Assembly: GCA_964016885.1 (NCBI GenBank)
Contig: OZ024740.1
Location: 379,936,001 to 380,000,000, forward strand
Origin: Eledone cirrhosa
Taxonomy: Eukaryota
DNA: 64,000 nucleotides
Direction: 5' to 3'
How positions within the stretch are numbered: the first letter of the stretch is position 1; every line of letters starts with the position of its first letter. The notes under the pieces were generated by a model, which had not been told where the DNA came from, ran no database searches, and was given only the letters and a program-made list of their open reading frames with translations. This document shows positions 58,915-64,000 of this stretch, piece after piece. The position numbers and the translations under genes are program-made.

Positions 58915-59678
58915 GTATGTATGCATGTATGTATGTAAGTGTGCATGTATGTATGCATGTATGTATATATGCATGTATGTATGTGTGTATGTATGTGTAT
59001 GTATGTATGCACAAATGTATGTATGAATGCATGTATGTATGTATATATGTATGTATGAATGTACGCATGTATGTGTGCATGTATGTATGTATGCATGTAT
59101 TTATATATGCATGTATGTATGTGTGTATGTGTGTATGTATGTATGCATGTGTATGTATGTATGTATGTATGTATGTATGTATGTATGTATGCATAAAGGC
59201 ATATATGTGTATATGCATGTATGTATGTATATGTATGTATGTATGAATGTATGTATGTATGCATGTATGTATGCATGTATGTATGCATGTATGTATGTGT
59301 GTATGTATGTATGTAAGTATATATGTATGTATGTGTGAATGCATGTATGTATGTGTGCAGGTATGTATGTGTGTATGTATGAAAGTATGTATGTATGCTT
59401 GTATATATGTATTTATGTATGTATACATGTACGCATGCATGTGTGCATGTATGTATGTATGCATGTATGCATGTATGTATGTATGTGTGTATGTATGTAT
59501 GTATGTATGTATGTATGTATGTATGTATGTATGTATGTATGTATGTATGTATGCATGTATATATGTGTGTATATACGCGTGTCATGTCTCCTCTTTAATG
59601 AATTAAAATATTTCGTATATTTACTAGCAAGCTGCCTGGTGGCAAATATTACAAGGAAAGATATGAGATAAAGCGAAA

Positions 59679-59775
<97 letters not shown>

Positions 59776-59841
59776 TAGCTGTTGAAACGGCAAGAGCTCG
59801 GTCGTCGGGTCCCGAATTTGTCATATATATATTTATACATA

Positions 59842-59903
<62 letters not shown>

Positions 59904-59906
<3 letters not shown>

Positions 59907-59944
59907 CAAGGACACCAAGTTAAATTATGGTGTGCTTTCATCAG
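59904..59944 (-). ncRNA. Truncated hammerhead-like core
   Basis: Minus strand CTGATGA-AAGCACACCA-taatttaact-TGGTGTCCTT-GAAA (helix II 9 of 10 pairs), then runs into (TA)n; helices I and III not convincingly present. Confidence 0.45.
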
Positions 59945-60020
59945 ATAAAATATAATATAAATAAATATTGACATACCCTTAAAGAATGCGACCATTTCTG
60001 TTGGAAGCTCCCACAGAAAT

Positions 60021-60079
<59 letters not shown>

Positions 60080-60099
60080 ATAAATGCTCTGAAATAGCG

Positions 60100-60246
60100 A
60101 TATATATGTGAATATAGACATAGAAGATTCGAAAATATTCTGTATGTTTATAATAAACATTTTGAAGACCTAATCTATAGCGATTAGGTCTTCAAAATGT
60201 TTATTATAAACATACAGAATATTTTCGAATATTCTATGTCTATATT

Positions 60247-60257
<11 letters not shown>
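60100..60257. repeat. Near-perfect palindrome, 76-bp arms, 6-nt loop, one mismatch
   Basis: ...CATTTTGAAGACCTAATC-tatagc-GATTAGGTCTTCAAAATG... Confidence 0.95.
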
Positions 60258-60302
<45 letters not shown>

Positions 60303-60303
<1 letters not shown>

Positions 60304-60612
60304 GGGATGACAAGTTATCGTTTTAGGTAATCCAGTTAGAGGTTGTGAGTACTCTGTACTATGGATAGTTTTACCGTAGGGCGTTGTTTGACTCAACAAG
60401 AGAATTCCCATGCAGGTTATTCTTGGAGTAATAGTAGTAAAAGAGTGAAGAATAACAGGGTCGGCTGCACAAAAAGGGTTTTATTTACTGTATTAACAAT
60501 TGTTTCATTGATCAGGTGAGTCTAAAGGCCGTGATCAAAGAAACAATTGTTAATACTGTAAATTAAACCCTTTTTGTACAATCGACCATGTTATTCTTCA
60601 CTCTTTCACTAT
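60303..60612 (-). mobile_element. Fold-back element in (TA)n (about 80-bp arms at 60435-60514 and 60532-60611, plus unique tail); probable Penelope-like terminus
   Basis: Same architecture as 17472-17748; arms carry GAAACAATTGTT; the terminal sequence recurs in a (TA)n tract at 55117-55146. Confidence 0.65.
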
Positions 60613-60798
60613 ATATATATAGATATAGATATAGATATAAATATGACAAATTCGGGACCCGACGACAGAGCTCTTGCCGTTTCAAAAGCTAGATTGTGTG
60701 TGTGTGTGTGTGTATGTGTGTGTGTGTGTGTGTTTGTGTGTGTCTTTCTCTTTATCTCATATCGTTCCTTGTAATATTTGTCACCAGGCAGCTTGCTA

Positions 60799-60832
<34 letters not shown>

Positions 60833-60839
<7 letters not shown>

Positions 60840-61009
60840 AGAGTCGGGACCCGACGGTTGAGCTCTTGTTGTTTCAACAATATTTATAGAAAATATACAA
60901 AGATAGATAAATAATAAACATGTATAAATGTACCGACATACAAATATAGAAATAGATAGTGACACACATAGATTGAGTGGGTGGTCGCCCGCTTTGACAC
61001 TACCACTAG
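60833..61009 (+). mobile_element. Non-autonomous Helitron-like element
   Basis: Family 5' module GAGTCGGGACCCGACG; 3' hairpin AGTGGGT-ggtc-GCCCGCT 12 nt upstream of CTAG followed by T. Confidence 0.6.
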
Positions 61010-61457
61010 TACATTGATTGTCTTTAGCGAAGTCCAAGTCCACCCTGTTTAAGTTTTCTGGTTATGCCTTAGATGTGAGGATACCTTACTTTCCTTCATC
61101 AACCTATGCTGGAGGCCTTTAAAAGGGGTCGGGCAGTGTTGCTTCTCCTGACTAAGCGATTGAAAAAATAGTAACATACAAAAATGTAGTAACATATAAA
61201 CACATACACACACACACACAGAGCTTGACATAGACACACTCTCACACACAGATAGAGAGAAAAAATTAGATAAGCGAGAAATGAGTGTCTTTTAGATTGT
61301 TCTGTTGTTATTACCACCGTCCATACTTAGAGTTTCATAAATACTCATCTTGACTCTATTTATACAAAACTGAAATTTGAAGATTGTGGCATAACGTTCT
61401 TTGGGAGACCTGTTTCTTGTATGTACTTATGTTTATGCTTTTTGTTTTTGTTACGGT

Positions 61458-61614
61458 CAGTGGTCACGTGAGCTTAAGCACAGGGCCCCGTTGACCAGGG
61501 GAGAGCCATCTTCGTGCCCCCCCCCCCCCAATTTTTTACAATGATTTTTTCAAATGTCTGGGGTCTGATAACTTAACTAGCAAAGGGGCCTCATTTGTCC
61601 TAAATCCGGCACTG
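61458..61614 (-). mobile_element. hAT-type MITE with perfect 8-bp TSD
   Basis: GTTACGGT at 61450-61457 and 61615-61622; ends CAGTG... and TAAATCCGGCACTG. Confidence 0.88.
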
Positions 61615-61814
61615 GTTACGGTTCACACATGCGTAGGTTTCACAGGTAATCTATCCGGCTGTATACCCGAGCAGGATTCTTAGAAACTTTAATGATACGG
61701 GCACCCCTGTCACTAGCAGAAATCATTGATTTGAACTCAGATTTCACAGAGCCGGAAAAGATCTCACAAATTCACCAATCCAATATTGATTGAAACATTA
61801 TCTATGGACCACAG

Positions 61815-62113
61815 ATTTGATAGGTTTCATATGTATGTATATATATTTGATAGGTTTCATATGTATGTATATATATTTGATAGGTTTCATATGTATGTAT
61901 ATATATTTGATAGGTTTCATATGTATATATATATATTTGATAGGTTTCATATGTATATATATATATTTGATAGGTTTCATATATATGTATATATATTTGA
62001 TAGGTTTCATATGTATGTATATATATTTGATAGGTTTCATATGTATGTATATATATTTGATAGGTTTCATATGTATGTATATATATTTGATAGGTTTCAT
62101 ATGTATGTATATA
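61815..62113. repeat. 30-bp minisatellite, 10 copies
   Basis: ATTTGATAGGTTTCATATGTATGTATATAT in exact 30-bp phase. Confidence 0.95.
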
Positions 62114-62264
62114 CACACTGATATGTATATATATATCAGTGTGTGTGTCCACATGTACAGTAAGTTCTATAAGGATGCATCGTTGTAGAGCTTATTGTGC
62201 ATCATAACTCGTCCCACGGACTAAGTGCACTGCCCCCTTGTATATTTTATACTAATTTTTTCCT

Positions 62265-62324
<60 letters not shown>

Positions 62325-63260
62325 CCCCAAAATACTAAATCTTCTAATATAAAGTATAGTAACCCTCAAAAAACTACTCATCATAAGACTATAATAAATA
62401 TTAATAATAAAACTCCTAATAAAAAAGATAAAACACCTAAATCTACAAATATAACTAAAAATAGTTGTGGTGAGATCATTAACATTATTCCTCCTAGTAA
62501 AAATCATGATACAACATATAAAAATAATAAAAATAATAAACAACATAGAAACCGTAATAGACGAGTTACTTGGTATAATGCTCCTTTTAATTTACAAGTT
62601 AAGGATAATATTGCTAAAAAATTTTTTTATATCCTTGAGAAAAACTTCCCGCCAAACCACAAATACCATCAAATCTTAAATAGGTCTACAGTTAAATTCT
62701 CATATTCTACAACAAATAACATAAAACAAAATATAAGTGCATATAATGCATATAAATGTAAGAAAACTATAAGTATACCACCAGTACATCAAATTAACAA
62801 TAATATCTCCTCAAATACAGAATTAACGAAAGGATGTAACTGTAGAAACAAAACAAACTGCCCATTAAAAGGGAATTGTCTTGTTAACAACATAGTCTAT
62901 AAATGTAATGTTAAAACTAAAGATTCTATTTGCTCATATATAGGAGCTACCTCTAACAATTTTAAGACAAGGTATAATACCCACAAACATAGCTTTAAAA
63001 ATGCCGCACTGGCTAATACAACATCTCTAGCAGAAAAAATCAATAGTTATAAAAATAAAAATATAAAATATGATTTGACCTGGGGTGTGCTCAAAAGAGC
63101 CACCCCTTATCAAAATAATAGAAAGGAATGTAGATTATGTTCCCAAGAACTATTTGAAATAATGAAGTCTAGGGATATCTTATTAAATAAAAGACAGGAA
63201 TTAATTATATCGTGTAATCATAAACTAAAAAAAACATTTAAATATTATAAACCTAATTAA
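62325..63260 (+). mobile_element. 5'-truncated Penelope-like retroelement: open 311-codon frame with RT C-terminal/linker region and GIY-YIG endonuclease
   Basis: Stop-free from the (TA)n junction: RRVTWYNAPFN...FPPNHKYHQILNRSTVKFSYS...CNCRNKTNCPLKGNC...IVYKC...YIGATSNNFKTRYNTHKHSF...CRLCSQE...LLNKRQELIISCNH; in frame with the listed 63075-63260 ORF. Confidence 0.9.
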
Positions 63261-63480
63261 TAACATTATTCTAGAATTTAATTTAATTTAAATGTTAGTT
63301 AACCTATAAATTTAATTTTAATTAATATTTTATTATAGATGAGAAAATATTATGTAATCATTAATTTTGAAAAACCTTTAAATATTACTAATATATATTC
63401 AGTAATTTAATTTATAGATTAATTTTAACTTATTTTAACCTTTTATTATAATTTTTTAATTTAGTTTAACCTTTTATTAT

Positions 63481-63514
<34 letters not shown>

Positions 63515-64000
63515 TATAATTCTTTTACAGATAAAATATAACAAAATAATATCATGTATCCTATGACGGAGATAGAATTTTTAGTATTATTGACCTAATT
63601 AATATACATTTTGGAAATATATTTATTATTTAGTTTTAGCTTTAATCAACCTAAAACTTTAATTTTAATTTTAATTTTGCTTAAAATTAGTATCCTTGTA
63701 CAGACGAATTGCAGAATGTCATGTAATCATAGAATGGGAGGTGTTTTTGGATATATACCTAGTTAATATATTCTGTGCAAATTTTTTGAAAAAGATATGT
63801 ATATCTATATGTATATGTATATGTGTGTGTTGTATGTGTATCTGTATGTATATTTATGTGACTATATATGTATGTATGTGTATATATATGTATATATATA
63901 TATATATATATGTGTATGTATATGTATATGTATGTGTATGTGTATGTATATGTATATGTGTGCGTATTAATTTTGATTTTTATTTGCATATAATTATATT

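Larger units (their letters stand above)
59622..60801. repeat. Head-to-head inverted pair of Helitron-like elements (59622-59826, 60641-60801) enclosing nested (TA)n-targeted insertions
   Basis: TACTAGCAAGCTGCCTGGTG...(CA)n...GGGTCCCGAATTTGTCATAT and its near-exact reverse complement. Confidence 0.85.

Noticed and set aside
61815-62113. CRISPR-like 30-bp periodicity
   Set aside because: No unique spacers, eukaryotic context, no cas genes; plain minisatellite

Overview
AT-rich, microsatellite-laden eukaryotic DNA. The SINE repertoire and repeat landscape suggest an octopus-like coleoid cephalopod (inference). There is one clear host gene: a Tob (BTG/Tob family) orthologue on the minus strand with an intronless 569-aa CDS (7867-9576), a splice acceptor at 9707, and a candidate non-coding first exon/promoter near 48.6-49.0 kb, implying an intron of about 39 kb. 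The rest is tRNA-derived SINEs, hAT-type MITEs, Helitron-like mini-elements, LINE relics (CRE-like, RTE, R4/Dong-like), a ~14 kb (TA)-rich array with a 200-N gap, minisatellites, and a 5'-truncated Penelope-like element with an open GIY-YIG frame that the ORF track mostly missed (62325-63260). The most interesting signal is a set of small fold-back or partial-tandem elements in (TA)n tracts carrying hammerhead-ribozyme motifs. The best example is a 421-bp-period retrozyme-like unit at 33217-33760 whose minimal hammerhead lies inside a predicted 91-nt spliceosomal intron. A candidate HDV-like ribozyme also heads a bipartite RTE-derived element. Nearly all other ORFs in the track are microsatellite translations. 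All calls are by eye; no searches or folding programs were run.
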